In this document: piece by piece, positions 62,612 to 64,000 of the stretch
Layout of the letters: the number at the start of each line of letters is the position of its first letter
How positions within the stretch are numbered: the first letter of the stretch is position 1
From: the human T2T-CHM13v2.0 reference genome, Homo sapiens
DNA length: 64,000 bases
Direction: 5' to 3' (one strand)
Assembly: GCF_009914755.1 (NCBI RefSeq)
Contig: NC_060947.1
Program-made: the position numbers and the translations under genes
Notes under the pieces: generated by a model
Database searches by the model: none
What the model was told of the DNA's origin: nothing
Seen by the model: only the letters and a program-made list of their open reading frames with translations

Positions 62612-63280
62612 GGAAGCAAAAACACAATAGAAAAGTGGACAAAAGATATAAACAGACAGCCCACAGAAAAAGACATATAAGAAAAAGACATCTTACGTAT
62701 AAGATGACTCTTATACGTAAGAAAATATGCTCAACGTCATTGTAATAAATTAAAACTACACTGAGACTACATACTTCTATCCATACTTAAGGCAAAATCC
62801 AAAAGTTTAACAAAATACCTTCCTGGCAATGCTGTGGGCAAACAGGCATGCTTCTGCATTGCAATGAAAGTGAAAAATAGTGGAGCCACCATTGATGAGA
62901 ATTTGGCGATAGGTAACAGAATTACATTTGCACTTATCTTTTGACCCATCAGTCTTACTTCCACAAATGCACTCTGAAGAAGCCCCTCCATGAATATAAA
63001 ATAATGCATCTCTAATTTTATTCACTGTGGCATTATTTGTATTAACAAAAGGCTGGAAAAGCCCTAATGTACATTGGTTCACAGTTGAATAAACTATGGT
63101 ACATCTGCATCGTGGAGTACTATGTGGCTGTAAGAAAGCATGAGGAAAAGCATGCATTTTAAAAGATAAGGCATAAAACAGGGTAAATTGTTTGTTACAA
63201 GGGAAAATTATAATGCACACGTGTTTGTTTTTTATTTTTGAAAAAAATGAAGCAGAGAAAGGATAAACCAGAAATGATTC
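62230..63280 (+). mobile_element. Old L1ME-like 3' fragment interrupted by a truncated AluJ (62273-62480)
   Basis: L1 motifs 'aatagaaaagtggacaaaagatataaacagaca', 'ttgaataaactatggtacat'; 5'-truncated Alu. Confidence 0.85.
62477..62616. repeat. (GAA)/(GAG) mosaic triplet repeat from an Alu tail
   Basis: ~140 bp of pure purine, directly visible. Confidence 0.97.
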
Positions 63281-63604
63281 GGTAAGTACTTATAATCTGC
63301 CTGTGTCATATTACCTAGAGTAGCTAGGAGAGAACAGGTCTCCCTGGGGGCTCAGGCAAGCCTTGTTGCATCGGAAAAGGGCCAAAGGCAGGCAGTTTGA
63401 CAGATGTGGGGAAGGGATGGGGTGCAAGCCCTAGGTCTTCCAAAAACTCAGGGCATGACACTGCTTACGGCTCCCAGCAGGTCAGTCTGGTTGAAAGCCG
63501 TGGGGCTTGACGGACACAAAATCTCCTAATTCCCTTAAAATATAATTTGATTTAGTAAAATGAGATTGACATAGAGTATTTCAGGGACATCTAATGTCTA
63601 GATC

Positions 63605-63823
63605 AGATTTTCTCAACGTTGGCACTATTGATATCTTGGGATGGATTAGTGTTTGTTGTGGGGACTGTCTTATGCACTGCAGGATGTTTTACAGCATCCT
63701 TGGCCTCTACCTGCTGAATGCCAGTAACACCCCATCCTGCCCCAGTTGTGACAACCAAAACTGCCTCCAGACATTGCCAAATGTTCTGTGGGGGCCACAA
63801 TCACCCTGAATTTGAGAATAGGT
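63605..63823 (-). mobile_element. MER20 DNA transposon
   Basis: 'tttctcaacgttggcactattga...gcatccttggcctctac...ctccagacattgccaaatgt...ttgagaa'. Confidence 0.88.
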
Positions 63824-64000
63824 GCTCTCAAATTACGGTGGACATCAGAGTCCCATGGGGAGCCTTTTCAAGATGTGTTTCCCAGGCTTCACTTGCAGGA
63901 GAAAGGGGCTGACTTGGAAGGGCCAGGGTGAGTCTGCCCTATAAGTGAGACACAAAGTGAGGGGCCTTGCCTTTGAGTCCAATTCCAATTTGATCTCAAT

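Noticed and set aside
62368-62691. Poly-Glu, poly-Arg/Gly and poly-Leu ORFs
   Set aside because: Translations of the GAA/GAG repeat and adjacent Alu.

Overview
Primate (very probably human) genomic DNA, not prokaryotic: it carries AluY/S/J, THE1, MLT1, MIR, L2, L1M and hAT relics. The main feature is a ~1.3-2 kb CpG island (~20.2-22.3 kb) holding the promoter of a minus-strand gene. It has a TATA-like box at 21931-21937, an ATG-free first exon (~21905-21705), a second candidate first exon ending at a perfect GTGAGT donor (21115), and >20 kb of Alu-free first intron to the left. From memory the layout fits RAI2 (Xp22), but this is unverified. No main coding exon lies in the window, and almost all ORF-track entries are GC-rich, repeat or chance ORFs. 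The ~42 kb upstream is dominated by two near-full-length ancient L1MC elements placed head-to-head, L2 blocks and a deeply nested transposon cluster. I found no convincing new multi-gene system. The best second-look items are: (1) an ungapped 193-bp, ~88%-identical inverted repeat in the intron (18117-18779), mostly non-repeat sequence; (2) a strong-Kozak 40-codon ORF running phase 0 into the alternative donor; (3) an AluY mutated to a perfect DR2 nuclear-receptor element; (4) an L1-retrotransposed, polyadenylated LTR fragment with target-site duplications (TSDs); (5) an Alu-associated L1 deletion; and (6) a perfect 14-bp cruciform scar. Repeat subfamily names and boundaries were assigned by eye and are approximate.
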